From positions 1 through 64,000 of the forward strand of contig CAZNTG010000007.1 of assembly GCA_964575955.1 (NCBI GenBank): a DNA stretch of 64,000 nucleotides. Reading direction: 5' to 3'. The translations under genes and the position numbers were made by a program. Below, in pieces: positions 1 to 10,733 of the stretch. Below the pieces are notes generated by a model that did no database searches, was not told where the DNA came from, and worked only from the letters and a program-made list of their open reading frames with translations. How positions within the stretch are numbered: the stretch's first letter is position 1; each line of letters starts with the position of its first letter. The DNA is from an uncultured Thermoproteaceae archaeon. GTDB lineage: Archaea > Thermoproteota > Thermoprotei > Thermoproteales > Thermocladiaceae.

Positions 1-1
1 C

Positions 2-1273
2 TATCTGCGGGAGAAGGGTGTTGATCCTAGTGCGGTTGAGATTGGTCTTATACTACTCGCAAATGCACATACAAGAAACGGAATATACCACATATTCAGG
101 ATCGTGCCAATAAAACCGATAAGACTACTCAAGGGCTACTCCATAACGATTGAGATTAGGGAGGATCTAAGAAAGAGAAAGCCATTGGTAACAAGAGAGG
201 AAATCGAGAAGATTATCGAGAAGCTTAGAAGTAAGTACGTTGCTGCTAACAGGACACTACTACGTGCATCACTATCACACGCATCACTAGACGAATTCCC
301 ACCAACGCTTGAGCAAGGCTGTATCTGTGACTGGTATAGTGGCTGCACGTGCTGGTACTGGAAACCATACAAGATATACTACATTTCGAAGAAGCCTATT
401 GGCATACCTATCATTATGGTACATGTATCAGAATTGTCACAAAACTCACTTGAGATAGTAACACCAAGGATAATCTTCTACTCTGAAGAAGAGACTAGCG
501 ATTACGTTGCTTTCGGTACTTCATTTGCTATAAATACTGAATCTGGCATTAGTTATGAGATGCCAGGATTCTCAATTGTACTTGGGGTTCCTGATGGTTA
601 TGAAAGTTGGATATGGTTAAATTATTATGAAGATTTTCGCAATGGTTTAAACTTTACAGGAGATGCTCTTATAGGATTTGGTTTCAAGGGTTATGTAGCA
701 TTTGCTGAGTACAGAGAGTACATATGTGAATATCCTTCACCGGAGACTCCCTGGGCTCCAACATATTGTTACTGGGGTGATAAGTGGGCTAATGCAACAA
801 TAGCAGCACCTGAGATGAGGAATAATAGCCTTGTGGGATGGTACATGATTGACGATAATCCATATGATGGTCAGGGATATTTAGAGAGAATTTGGAATAT
901 AGTTAACAGATTGTGGGAATATAACTACAAGTATTATGGATATCGTAAGAGTATGCTAAGCATTGCTTCACTGGACGTAGTTAAGCAGATTAAGACAGAA
1001 CCGCTATTTTCAGCAAGTATTCCTGTACTTGCAATACTTGCAGCAGCTGGCTACGATGTACCTCTAATTGCTGCATTTGCACCAATAATGTCGATCTCTG
1101 TAGGTAAGACTTACGAGAAGACCACCGTGAGTATATGCATGGTAGATATTTACGCTTGCCCATCCTGCTACGTATATGCATGGTATCTCTACTCACCAAC
1201 ATACATAAAGTACAAGGGCGAATACTACAGGATAGGAAGCATGTACGTAGATGTCTGGACAGCAAAATGGTAA
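2..1273 (+). CDS. hypothetical protein, 5'-truncated by the window edge (Trp/Tyr/Cys-rich, possibly surface/secreted)
   Basis: Frame of ORF 104..1273 is open back to base 2; codon usage and GC differ from neighbouring host genes; no family recognised. Confidence 0.7.
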   Translation, partial: YLREKGVDPSAVEIGLILLANAHTRNGIYHIFRIVPIKPIRLLKGYSITIEIREDLRKRKPLVTREEIEKIIEKLRSKYVAANRTLLRASLSHASLDEFPPTLEQGCICDWYSGCTCWYWKPYKIYYISKKPIGIPIIMVHVSELSQNSLEIVTPRIIFYSEEETSDYVAFGTSFAINTESGISYEMPGFSIVLGVPDGYESWIWLNYYEDFRNGLNFTGDALIGFGFKGYVAFAEYREYICEYPSPETPWAPTYCYWGDKWANATIAAPEMRNNSLVGWYMIDDNPYDGQGYLERIWNIVNRLWEYNYKYYGYRKSMLSIASLDVVKQIKTEPLFSASIPVLAILAAAGYDVPLIAAFAPIMSISVGKTYEKTTVSICMVDIYACPSCYVYAWYLYSPTYIKYKGEYYRIGSMYVDVWTAKW

Positions 1274-1452
1274 TACCTTCACTGTTTAAATTGATCAAAT
1301 CCCTAGCTTTTTCAATGCTACATGCGTTTCACATATGCATGTTACTAGACAAATTGGTGCTCTTTTTCTAGAGACTCTAGATATTGTGCTCCCAGAAATA
1401 TCGTGTCAAATATGTAAACGTTAATGCTTAGACATGATAGATGTTGGAGGAT

Positions 1453-1529
1453 TGGTGGACCGGCCGGGATTTGAACCCGGGACCACCCGCTCGCAAGGCG
1501 GGCATCCTTCCAGGCTAGACTACCGGCCC
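1453..1529 (-). tRNA. tRNA-Ala(TGC), CCA encoded
   Basis: Reverse complement GGGCCGGTAGTCTAGCCTGGAAGGATGCCCGCCTTGCGAGCGGGTGGTCCCGGGTTCAAATCCCGGCCGGTCCACCA folds as a cloverleaf; anticodon loop CTTGCGA. Confidence 0.97.
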
Positions 1530-1661
1530 TATTTCGTTGTTCTGTCTTTGTGTTTCTTTTTATAAGTTTTTCTTTTGTGAAGTTGATTGTTTTCTACTTT
1601 TCTTAGTTTTTGATTGTTTTGGTAGTCATGTTTATTTATCTCTTTTTGATAGTTATGCTAT

Positions 1662-2471
1662 ATGGCTCAAGTTGAGGTTAAGATTAGGAAGATTGAGAAA
1701 GATCCTAGAAATACTCTAATTATTGCATGTCCTGAACCTAGTCTTGCATCTGTAGTTACTGTTGAGTACATTATTGATAAGTTAAAGATGGAGGAGATTG
1801 GTGCTATAAAGATTAGTGGTGTTCCTCCAATAATAACGGCTGTTGATGGTGCTGCAAAACTTCCATATAGACTATTCTACAGGAAGGATCTTGGATTAAT
1901 AACTATTAGACAACATGTTCCAATTCCAATGGAGCTCTATGGTATGTTTATTGAGAAGATTCTTGATTGGGCTGAAGAAAACAATATTAGACGTGTCATA
2001 GCTATAACTTCAGTTCCTGCTGTATCTGAGACTGAGAGTGAGAATGTGTATTTTGTAACTGAGGAATACTATGTTGATGAATTTAAATCTCTAGGATTTT
2101 TACCAATTAAGGATGCGATAATCGCAGGTGCTGAAGCAATATTTCTAGACTCTGTACTATCTAGAAGCATTGTTGGAGCATTAATAATGGCTGAATCTAA
2201 AGTACTTACAGCAATTAAAAAGCTTGTAGAATCTGGAAAAGTTGCATCACATAGAGATGTTGTGTATATACTTGGACAAACAGTAGGTCAGCTAGGTCCT
2301 GATATAACAGCAGCATTAAAGCTTATTAAAGCAATATCAAAATTAATAAACTATGACATACCATTAGACGGTCTTGAAGAACATGCTAAGAGATACTCAT
2401 TCTTAGTAGAGAAGAATCTAGAACTATGGTTAAAACCGCATAAAGAAGGTGCAACACCACTAGTATATTAG
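1662..2471 (+). CDS. PAC2-family proteasome assembly chaperone-like protein
   Basis: N-terminal LIIACPEPSLASVVTVEYIIDKLKMEEIG, PYRLFY, and C-terminal PD..AA pattern of the PAC2/PbaB family; ends in hydrophobic-Tyr (LVY). Confidence 0.75.
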   Translation: MAQVEVKIRKIEKDPRNTLIIACPEPSLASVVTVEYIIDKLKMEEIGAIKISGVPPIITAVDGAAKLPYRLFYRKDLGLITIRQHVPIPMELYGMFIEKILDWAEENNIRRVIAITSVPAVSETESENVYFVTEEYYVDEFKSLGFLPIKDAIIAGAEAIFLDSVLSRSIVGALIMAESKVLTAIKKLVESGKVASHRDVVYILGQTVGQLGPDITAALKLIKAISKLINYDIPLDGLEEHAKRYSFLVEKNLELWLKPHKEGATPLVY

Positions 2472-3421
2472 ATTGGGCATAGTGGATCTTTTCTACAAAA
2501 ATCACCATACATAATGTAGGATCTTGAAAAACAACCACCCATACATACATCTCTAAATGTGCATGAATAACATTCAGCAGGTACGGATTTTGCTTTCAGG
2601 TATAGTTCACTATTTCTAAATTTTTCAATAGCTTCACCTAAATTACCACCTACCCATCTAGAAAGCTCAATATTTACAATATCACAAAGTACAAGTCTAC
2701 CTCCAGGTGTTATATCTATAACATCCCACTGCTTACATAATCCACCAATAATTCTCCTATTACTAGTATATGCACGTATACAGGGTAGACACCAAAATCT
2801 GATATTTATTGAATATTTTTCAACTCTATCTTCAACAATTTCTATAACTTTTCTTAAATCTTCAACATCTACATATATACGATTTTTCAAAGCGTTACCA
2901 CTAGGCATTACAGGTATCATACATATACTAGATGGTTCTAGTTCAACTACAGTATCTATATAATATCCAACTCTATCATAGTTTAATTTTGACAATGCCA
3001 TAGATGTTCCAAATTCTATATTATACTTCTTCAACTTTTCTATAAACTCCATAACTCTATCCCACGTTCCTGGTCTAACAATTTCATGACCAACTTTATC
3101 ACCATCAATACTTACATATACATATACGTCATATTTTGATAAGATCTTAATCTTATATTCATCATTCACAATTCCGCTAGTAACTATTGATATATCTACA
3201 TTATAATCTCTCAATATTTTTATAATATCTTCAATCTCTTCTAGAAGTAGTGGTTCACCACCTGATAATGATACATGAGTTATTCCTAATTCTCCAATCT
3301 CTTCTGCTAATCTAATCTTCATATCTTTTGTAAGTTCTTTCTCATTTATATACACCTTATCATAACAGTGAGGACAGTTTAGAATGCATTTAGCAGTTAT
3401 TAGCCAGACTATACTAGTCAT
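2468..3421 (-). CDS. radical SAM/SPASM domain protein
   Basis: CILNCPHC (CxxxCxxC), SGGEPLL, C-terminal CYSC...C.GGC..R..DPLC SPASM motif. Confidence 0.9.
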   Translation of the reverse strand: MTSIVWLITAKCILNCPHCYDKVYINEKELTKDMKIRLAEEIGELGITHVSLSGGEPLLLEEIEDIIKILRDYNVDISIVTSGIVNDEYKIKILSKYDVYVYVSIDGDKVGHEIVRPGTWDRVMEFIEKLKKYNIEFGTSMALSKLNYDRVGYYIDTVVELEPSSICMIPVMPSGNALKNRIYVDVEDLRKVIEIVEDRVEKYSINIRFWCLPCIRAYTSNRRIIGGLCKQWDVIDITPGGRLVLCDIVNIELSRWVGGNLGEAIEKFRNSELYLKAKSVPAECYSCTFRDVCMGGCFSRSYIMYGDFCRKDPLCPI

Positions 3422-3435
3422 TTTACTACACTATC

Positions 3436-4086
3436 CTAGACGTATATCACATTTTTAATACATTCTGGAGGTACGTATTCTGTTAAGTATATTGTTCTAC
3501 TTGCTCTATATACTTTAAAACCTCTCTTTCTTAAACATTCAACATCTATTTCAAGTACTACAACATTACTTCCATGTCTTTTTCCAATTTCTTTTGCAAT
3601 TTCTATACTATCTGTAAGATGTACGTAGAGTCTTCTTCCTCTAACTATTCCTTGTCTAAGTATTGAGTCTAGTCTATCTCTAGTAGTTCCATGGTATAGA
3701 ACTTTCACTTCTCTATCCTCTACATACTTTATATCTACTTTAACACTATGTCCATATGTTGCTCTAATCTTATTATCTCTAATCTCAAATCTACCTCTAG
3801 GATCAAGCTCTACAATAGCTCTTACATGATCTTCTGTTACCCATCTATATAAATCTCTATTTCTCCATCTCTCTCTAATACCTTTGACAAGCTCTTCGAT
3901 ACTTACAAAACCTTCATTATCAAGTTTTAGACCTGCCTCATGTGGTATATGTCTCAATAATGCACTCATCAATCTACTCAAAGCTTCTCTCTGACTATCA
4001 GACATTAAGTATATACATTTTCTACCACAATGTACAGGAGTTGTAACATATCTACCACATATAGGACACTTATATACAGGACACAC
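3436..4086 (-). CDS. kptA: RNA 2'-phosphotransferase (Tpt1/KptA)
   Basis: LLRH, RGRF, IRATYGHS, LYHGT, YVHLT motifs; N-terminal CxxC zinc ribbon. Confidence 0.93.
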   Translation of the reverse strand: MCPVYKCPICGRYVTTPVHCGRKCIYLMSDSQREALSRLMSALLRHIPHEAGLKLDNEGFVSIEELVKGIRERWRNRDLYRWVTEDHVRAIVELDPRGRFEIRDNKIRATYGHSVKVDIKYVEDREVKVLYHGTTRDRLDSILRQGIVRGRRLYVHLTDSIEIAKEIGKRHGSNVVVLEIDVECLRKRGFKVYRASRTIYLTEYVPPECIKNVIYV

Positions 4087-4144
4087 TTATAGAATTGTGA
4101 TATATTTTGAAAATACTTTTCACATACACTCTATCTAGCTAAGT

Positions 4145-5056
4145 ATGGTTAGAGTAATTGCAACAGCAAGACTACATTTAGGAATGGTAGATCCTGTAGG
4201 TATTGAAGGTAGAAGAGGTATATGTGTAGGATTATCAATACAGGAACCTAAAGTTATTATAGAAGTATCAAGAAGTTTCGAAAGTGAATATTTGAAAGAT
4301 CCGATAGTAGTAGATGTTTTGAATAGATTAAAAACTTTCTACAATATAGATATTGATAATATATCTATAAAGATTGTTAGAAAAATTCCAAATCATGTTG
4401 GTCTCGGATCTACAACACAGACAAAACTTGCAATTGCAGTATCAATATTAGAATTATTCAACATTAGATATAGTATTGAAAATTTATCAAAAATATTAGG
4501 TAGAGGAGAGATATCTGGAGTTGGAATATACACATTCAAGTATGGTGGTTTTGTAGTTGATTCAGGTAAGAAGAGTAGTGACGATATTCCAAAATTGATA
4601 ACTAGATTAGAGTTTCCTGAAGATTGGTATATAATTGTAGCGATACCACCAGGTAAAGGTCCTGATGAAATTTCTGAACATAAGTTATTTAAATTAAACT
4701 ATCCTAAAGATGTTGTTAAAGAATTATCATTTATACTATTTAACAAGATAATACCATCAATACTCGATAAAGACTTTGAAATGTTTTGTGAAGGTTTAGA
4801 GGAATTTCAAAAGAATGTTGGTAAAATATTTTCAAATATTCAAGGAGGAATATTCTCAAAATATTCTCAGAAAGTTGTAAATATGCTTAAGGAATTTAGT
4901 GTGAAGGGTATTGGTCAAAGTTCTTGGGGTCCTACAGTATATGCATTTATAGATGATTTTGATAGAGGCTTAGAGATTGTATATAAGTTGAGAAGTGTTG
5001 GTATATATAGCTTCCTAACTACTGCAAATAATAGAGGTGCAGTAATAGAATATTAA
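4145..5056 (+). CDS. beta-ribofuranosylaminobenzene 5'-phosphate synthase family (GHMP fold)
   Basis: ARLHLG, HVGLGSTTQ, GRG.ISGVG, GGFVVDSG, GQSSWGPTVY. Confidence 0.9.
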   Translation: MVRVIATARLHLGMVDPVGIEGRRGICVGLSIQEPKVIIEVSRSFESEYLKDPIVVDVLNRLKTFYNIDIDNISIKIVRKIPNHVGLGSTTQTKLAIAVSILELFNIRYSIENLSKILGRGEISGVGIYTFKYGGFVVDSGKKSSDDIPKLITRLEFPEDWYIIVAIPPGKGPDEISEHKLFKLNYPKDVVKELSFILFNKIIPSILDKDFEMFCEGLEEFQKNVGKIFSNIQGGIFSKYSQKVVNMLKEFSVKGIGQSSWGPTVYAFIDDFDRGLEIVYKLRSVGIYSFLTTANNRGAVIEY

Positions 5057-5347
5057 CTATAATCCAATCCATGCTGGACTATACACTATCAAAAAATATT
5101 TTGCATCTTCTGTCAATACAATATAGGTATTACTATCCTTCTTAACAATTTTTATAGCACCTCTCTTCTCTAAATCATTCAATATTTCTAAAAACTCTCC
5201 ATAGGATATATCTATGTTGTATTTATCTTTATTCGATATTAATCTTGAATAGACTTCATCAATAGGTATTGGCTCATTCATTGCTAATGGACCTATAATC
5301 TCCATAAATATTACCCACCTATTACGATCCATAAATCTGAGATTCAT
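5057..5347 (-). CDS. small winged-helix-like hypothetical protein
   Basis: LNDLEKRGAI...YIVLTE wing pattern. Confidence 0.55.
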   Translation of the reverse strand: MNLRFMDRNRWVIFMEIIGPLAMNEPIPIDEVYSRLISNKDKYNIDISYGEFLEILNDLEKRGAIKIVKKDSNTYIVLTEDAKYFLIVYSPAWIGL

Positions 5348-5407
5348 AACATTATAGACTGATAATCTAAAATAAAAGTAGTGCGTTTATGCGACATGTA
5401 GAAGAGT

Positions 5408-6319
5408 ATGTATGAAGATGTAGATATTCTAGATCTTCTCAATATGAGGATATCATTTTATATAAAGCCAAATTTTGAAAATTGTAAATTTATTACTATC
5501 AAGGATAGAGTTCCTGATCTTAATATCGATATTAAAGGATTTAAGTGTTGTCTAATTCATGAGAGTAATTTTAGTAAAGTATATATGTGCATATCACCAA
5601 ATGGTGAGAGATTCTCTATAAAAACCCTAAAAGATTTTGATATTAGGAAGTTTAAGATATCTAAACATTATGAAGATAATATATATGAAAGATTTATTAG
5701 GGAGGTTGAGATTATGTCAAAGCTTGAACATCCAAATATATTGAGGTTGTATGATTATTCTACTACTGTTCCATTAGCTATATATGAGTTTGCTGATGGT
5801 CTATCATTAGAATATCAGATTAGACATGGCTGGTATCCAAGTTTTAAAGACATCTTACTAATACTCATACAGATATCACATGCAATTAAGTATATACATG
5901 ATGTTGGTATTTATCATTGTGATATTAAGCTTAGTAATATACTGATATGTGATGGCGTTGTAAAACTTTGCGATTTTAATACATGTGTAGATGGTGGAAA
6001 TTATGTAAGATGTTTAGAGACATGTACTAAATGCTACTGTACGCCTGAACATTTCAGTAGAGAATACCTTCATAAAAATTTACATGGTATTGATGTATAT
6101 CAACTTGCTAACGTATTGCTCAGATTATTATGTGGAATATGTGTTGATGGTAGAGATAGATTATACATGTCTGATATAGATGTTGTAAATGTACTATCCT
6201 GTGTTAAAAATATTAAATCGAGAGATCTTATATTTAAGATGTTGAGTAGAGATCCTTCTAAAAGACCATCAATTGAGTATGTTTTAAGAGAGTTAGTGAA
6301 TATGTTCTACGAGGTTTGA
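5408..6319 (+). CDS. Hanks-type Ser/Thr protein kinase (atypical Gly loop, DFN)
   Basis: SIK, REVEIMSKLEHPNI, HCDIKLSNIL, KLCDFN, TPE, DVYQL, DPSKRPS. Confidence 0.85.
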   Translation: MYEDVDILDLLNMRISFYIKPNFENCKFITIKDRVPDLNIDIKGFKCCLIHESNFSKVYMCISPNGERFSIKTLKDFDIRKFKISKHYEDNIYERFIREVEIMSKLEHPNILRLYDYSTTVPLAIYEFADGLSLEYQIRHGWYPSFKDILLILIQISHAIKYIHDVGIYHCDIKLSNILICDGVVKLCDFNTCVDGGNYVRCLETCTKCYCTPEHFSREYLHKNLHGIDVYQLANVLLRLLCGICVDGRDRLYMSDIDVVNVLSCVKNIKSRDLIFKMLSRDPSKRPSIEYVLRELVNMFYEV

Positions 6320-6321
6320 GA

Positions 6322-6373
6322 TCAGCTGAGGGGGATACTCTTCATCTATTCGCCTGGGGCTAATTCTCATCAC
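6322..6373 (-). ncRNA. box C/D methylation guide sRNA (probably 16S rRNA 5' domain)
   Basis: Minus strand GTGATGA-GAATTAGCCCCAG-GCGA-..-ATGAAGA-GTATCCCCCTCAG-CTGA; guides complementary to recalled 16S segments CTGGGGCTAAT and GAGGGGGATA. Confidence 0.85.
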
Positions 6374-6388
6374 TCTAACCTCAATTCA

Positions 6389-6715
6389 CTATCTAGTCTT
6401 TGTGAAGTATCTACTCTTCAATTCATCTACTCTCTTTATAATATCTTCTATAATTTTAAGAGCTTGTTGTGGGTTTAATGGTGTCACTATTAGATTTGCT
6501 AGAAGTTTTGCTAATTCTTCTGTAGATTTCTTCTTTAAATGTTCTGGAAGTATTATCTGTGGTATTACTATCGGTATCGGTGATACTTTTCTAAGAAATT
6601 CTGTTATTATATTTATAAAATTTTCATAAGTATCTATAGTAAGCATTAGTAATCTAGCGATAAGTTCTTCAAGTTCTTTCTTCAAATTTTCTCCTAGAGT
6701 AGACATGTCTGACAT
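6389..6715 (-). CDS. hypothetical helical protein
   Basis: ORF 6389..6775; Met at 6715 (MSDMSTL) avoids overlap with the upstream gene. Confidence 0.6.
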   Translation of the reverse strand: MSDMSTLGENLKKELEELIARLLMLTIDTYENFINIITEFLRKVSPIPIVIPQIILPEHLKKKSTEELAKLLANLIVTPLNPQQALKIIEDIIKRVDELKSRYFTKTR

Positions 6716-6759
6716 GTACAGTACATGTCTTACAAATATTATAATACTTACCCTGAATT

Positions 6760-7632
6760 TTAAAGTAAGTTCCAATCAACTCTCTCTTTAGTCTCAATAA
6801 TCTTTTCTAAATCTATCAATTCTCTTAAAGTTCCTAAATATGTAAAATCTTGAAGATATACTTCTATCTTATCATCTTTATTCCAAAGTTCGAAATATGT
6901 TAAGATTGTCTTACTTGATGGATGTTTTTGTAATAATGTTCTTGTAATATCTGTGCCTGTTATTAACATATTTGCACATGGAAGTATTATTAATACTATT
7001 TTAGAATCTTCAATAGTGATATTGCTAGTCTTAATTTCTCTTCTATACATCTTAGCTACAATATCTCTTTTATCTAGCTCAACTCTAATAATTACTGGTT
7101 CTCTAACAGTATATCCAATAATGTCTCTAATAGTAATAGCAGGATGTGTATGTCCCATTATTAAGAAGTCTGAATTTATTAAGTCCTCAATCTTAGGTTT
7201 TGCATTTCCATGTAGTAACAATGCTCTTTTACCATCTTTCATAGTTATACAAACACCTCTAGAATCGTATAGTAGTATGTTCTTTCTACCTATCTTATCA
7301 ACAATCTTATCAATACCACCATCATGATTACCTTGTGTAAGTATTATATATTCAAAATAGTTTGAAATTTCTCTTAAGAAGTATTCAACATCTTTATATG
7401 TTTCTAATGCTATCGGTATTTCATGTTTGATATCTCCAAGAATTGCGATAGAGTTAACATTTTCTCTCATTGCAATATTGATATAATGTTCTAAAAGTCT
7501 TCTAGTCTGTCTAGGTACTCTCAAACCCTTTAATATAAGCTCAACTTCATATCCTATATGTGTATCTGATAGTAGAAGTATTTTTCCAAACTCCTCCGTA
7601 TCAATTATAGGACAGTGTTCTAGTAATGGCAT
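6760..7632 (-). CDS. calcineurin-like metallophosphoesterase
   Basis: SDTHIG, ILGDIKH, GNHD, LHG, MGHTHP. Confidence 0.9.
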   Translation of the reverse strand: MPLLEHCPIIDTEEFGKILLLSDTHIGYEVELILKGLRVPRQTRRLLEHYINIAMRENVNSIAILGDIKHEIPIALETYKDVEYFLREISNYFEYIILTQGNHDGGIDKIVDKIGRKNILLYDSRGVCITMKDGKRALLLHGNAKPKIEDLINSDFLIMGHTHPAITIRDIIGYTVREPVIIRVELDKRDIVAKMYRREIKTSNITIEDSKIVLIILPCANMLITGTDITRTLLQKHPSSKTILTYFELWNKDDKIEVYLQDFTYLGTLRELIDLEKIIETKERVDWNLL

Positions 7633-9572
7633 TACACAATCTTACTTTCTAAATCTTTACTGATAGTAATTCCTATAAATTTTGTTAAAATACATGCTTT
7701 TACACATTCTCTACACATAATACATCTATTTTCATCTACAATGAATGGATATTCATCTACTTTCAAAATATTTACAGGACATGCTTTTACACATTCAAAA
7801 CATTTAACACATCTATGAGCCATGTATACAATCTTACATATTGTCTCTGCAATATTTTTACTAACTTCTAAATCTCTAGACCACACATTAACTCTTCCTG
7901 AACTTGTTATTGTTATTACACATGTCTTTGTATAAACTTTCATAGTATTATCCTTTATGTAGTATTCTCTAGATATTATCGGGATTAAGCTACTTAATCT
8001 ATTAAAATCTACCTTATCAATACCTACCAATACTAGATCTATACTTACTTCATTATTTACCTCGTTTATATAGACTTTCAATGTATTTACTATTGGATTT
8101 GGAATTTCTGAAATATCTATATATCCTCCAACTCTCTTTAAATAATTTGATAAATCTCCAGGTATTTCAAATCTCCATCTCCATAGTTCATATTTAAGCC
8201 ATTTATCAGGTATTTTCAATCTCTTTCTATATCTACTTAATTTGTCGTACCACCATCTCCATAATTCAGGATGCGTCTTCTTAATAATTTCAATTTCAGA
8301 AATTCTCAATGTTGGACATATAAAACATCCAACTCTTTCAAAACCTTGAACATATAGTTCATTTAATGGTAAATTCTTGTAGTGTATGTACATCTCAATG
8401 TCAAGTGCTGTCCAGTCGTATAGTGGTGATACTATGATATCTGCAGGATTCGGACCATATACTTCAGTTTCATATCCTGCTAATGCTCTTTGAGGAGATT
8501 CAAACATTCTCTGACCTGTTATACTTAGAATCTTTCTATTATTAGCATACTTTTCTAAAAATCTCTTAAGTGGAATTAATTTACATATCTGAGTACACCA
8601 TCTAAAATCTCTAGCAGGTGGTCCTAGAATTTCAAAAACTTTTTCAAACATTTCTCTACTAGCTTCTACATGTTCTATCTCTACAAATTTACACATCCTA
8701 TCTACAGTCTTGTACGTTTCAGGAAATTCCAGTGTTGTATCACAAAAAACTACCTTATCAATACCACACATGCTTGCTAGATATGTTATAACTGTACTAT
8801 CTTTACCTCCTGAATATGTTACAATTTTTAAATATTCAGAATATTTATCTATAGCATTTCTCAGTATATTTATAGAGTTTTTCTCTAACTTCTCAATATT
8901 TGAAATATTTGCTTTAATAGTTTTATATATGTTAGAACTCTTCCTATCAACTTCATAGTATGTTAATTTATCTATAACTTTCAAAATCTTTAATTTATTT
9001 CCTCTAACTTGTAGAATACCATATACATCTTTTTCATTTAGCTTAAATGGTATGTATATATTATCTTCATTTGGAATTTCACCTTCTAAAATTTCACTTC
9101 TATCAACATATTCACCTTCTACAACCTTGCTTCTCTTTAGAAGTATGTAATATCCAATCTTGTTATCTATCATTATTTTAATACCTGCATAATCTGGTCT
9201 AAACATCCATCTTCTTTTCTCAATATCGAAGTATCTTATTCCAATAACTCTACCTCTCACTATTACTTGATCTGCTGAATCTACATGCTGTACCTTGTTT
9301 AGCAGTACTATCTCGTCTCTGTCTATCAATTTTGATATTTCACTATTCTTTAGATTGTATGTTTCCTGTATCGATCTTACTATAATTTCTTTATCATTAT
9401 CGTAGCAGTATCTAACATCTCTTGGATATGCTATACCTCTAACAGTTATTGTCTTTGATCCACATATATCACATATGTCACTTCTCAATATTGGTACATT
9501 ACAATTTGGACACCATGTTATTTTTGGTGCTTTCTCTCTAAATATTTTAACTACCTCTAATCTTCTCTTCAT
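7632..9572 (-). CDS. PAPS-reductase family protein with N-terminal Zn-ribbon/PUA-like region and C-terminal ferredoxin
   Basis: WCPNCNVP, YSGGKDS, DTTLEFPET, RWC..CK, GQR..ES..R, RVGCFICP, two CxxCxxCxxxC motifs. Confidence 0.85.
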   Translation of the reverse strand: MKRRLEVVKIFREKAPKITWCPNCNVPILRSDICDICGSKTITVRGIAYPRDVRYCYDNDKEIIVRSIQETYNLKNSEISKLIDRDEIVLLNKVQHVDSADQVIVRGRVIGIRYFDIEKRRWMFRPDYAGIKIMIDNKIGYYILLKRSKVVEGEYVDRSEILEGEIPNEDNIYIPFKLNEKDVYGILQVRGNKLKILKVIDKLTYYEVDRKSSNIYKTIKANISNIEKLEKNSINILRNAIDKYSEYLKIVTYSGGKDSTVITYLASMCGIDKVVFCDTTLEFPETYKTVDRMCKFVEIEHVEASREMFEKVFEILGPPARDFRWCTQICKLIPLKRFLEKYANNRKILSITGQRMFESPQRALAGYETEVYGPNPADIIVSPLYDWTALDIEMYIHYKNLPLNELYVQGFERVGCFICPTLRISEIEIIKKTHPELWRWWYDKLSRYRKRLKIPDKWLKYELWRWRFEIPGDLSNYLKRVGGYIDISEIPNPIVNTLKVYINEVNNEVSIDLVLVGIDKVDFNRLSSLIPIISREYYIKDNTMKVYTKTCVITITSSGRVNVWSRDLEVSKNIAETICKIVYMAHRCVKCFECVKACPVNILKVDEYPFIVDENRCIMCRECVKACILTKFIGITISKDLESKIV

Positions 9573-9841
9573 GATTCTAATATTTCAAAAATTACTTCAC
9601 CACGTTTATTCTTGAGTGATTGTACTGCTTGTTGTGGTATTACTAGATAACATACGTCTTGTCCATATGTTTGAACTTTTGCATCTGTTTCAACACTATC
9701 ACCATCACTTTCAATTCTAACTCTCACACGTACTTTATTTGTTATTTTAACACCATTCAATTCAGCAACCTTGAGTACAGGTCTTGGAATTTGTAATATC
9801 CATAGATTCTCCTTCTTAGTGAGATTTCCAACTAACTTCAT
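9569..9841 (-). CDS. small beta-rich hypothetical protein (duplicated AbrB/DUF1905-like pattern)
   Basis: Two repeats of hydrophobic-IP-helix (LQIPRPV; LVIPQQAV). Confidence 0.5.
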   Translation of the reverse strand: MKLVGNLTKKENLWILQIPRPVLKVAELNGVKITNKVRVRVRIESDGDSVETDAKVQTYGQDVCYLVIPQQAVQSLKNKRGEVIFEILES

Positions 9842-9998
9842 ATCACATTATCTAGAGTTTAAGACCTATAAAAGATTTAGCAAATATGACCTACCACATA
9901 GTAAATATATTCTAAATTTCTTATGAAAGTATTCTAAATTTAAGATTATACTACATGATTAAGATTTAAGAAGTATTTGAAAAGTAAATATATGTACT

Positions 9999-10712
9999 AT
10001 GTCTACTATAGATCAGAGACGTGAAGTCTTTTTAAGAAGATTGAGAGATGAGGCAGAACGTGGACTTGTAGATTTTGATATTAAGGATTTTCTATTTAAA
10101 TTTAATGAAAAATGTAGAGAATTATTTACTACTAGTAGTTGTAGTGGTAGAATAATACTTGCAGAAACTTCAAGACTTAGCCTTGCTAAGAGTAGTCATG
10201 AATTTAAATTTCTTGGCAAATGGCATAGACCTGTAGTTCCTAGTGAGATATTGTCGATATTGGAGAAGCATAATCCAAGATATGCATGGCTTCTAGTTAG
10301 AGCACCAATAATACATTTTTCAGCTAGAAATCTTGAGATTGCTTTAAGATTGTTGAAAATTGCTCAAAATGTTGGCTTTAAACATAGTGGTATTATATCT
10401 ATTAGAGATTATGGTGAAGTTGTTGTTGAAGTACAGGCTGATGATAGATTAGACATACCTATCATATGTGATTACAGGTTTATAGTTGATTTAGACATGT
10501 TTCAAAGTTTAGTAGATATACTTAATGAGACTTTAATGATTGGTAAATTGAGACTTGTAAATCTTATAGGTATGATTGAGAGAGAATTCTTAAAGAGTTG
10601 TGATTTTAAACCGATAGAACTTAGTAAGATCATCACATATAGGGAGTTTAAGAGAGATTTTGAACATATCATGAAGATTGTTGTGAATCATCTTGAAGAT
10701 AGAACTGCTTAA
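9999..10712 (+). CDS. taw3: tRNA wyosine methyltransferase Taw3/TYW3
   Basis: VDFDI, TTSSCSGRI, KWH, PIIH, GFKHSGI. Confidence 0.9.
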   Translation: MSTIDQRREVFLRRLRDEAERGLVDFDIKDFLFKFNEKCRELFTTSSCSGRIILAETSRLSLAKSSHEFKFLGKWHRPVVPSEILSILEKHNPRYAWLLVRAPIIHFSARNLEIALRLLKIAQNVGFKHSGIISIRDYGEVVVEVQADDRLDIPIICDYRFIVDLDMFQSLVDILNETLMIGKLRLVNLIGMIEREFLKSCDFKPIELSKIITYREFKRDFEHIMKIVVNHLEDRTA

Positions 10713-10733
10713 ATATCTATCTATATACTGAAC

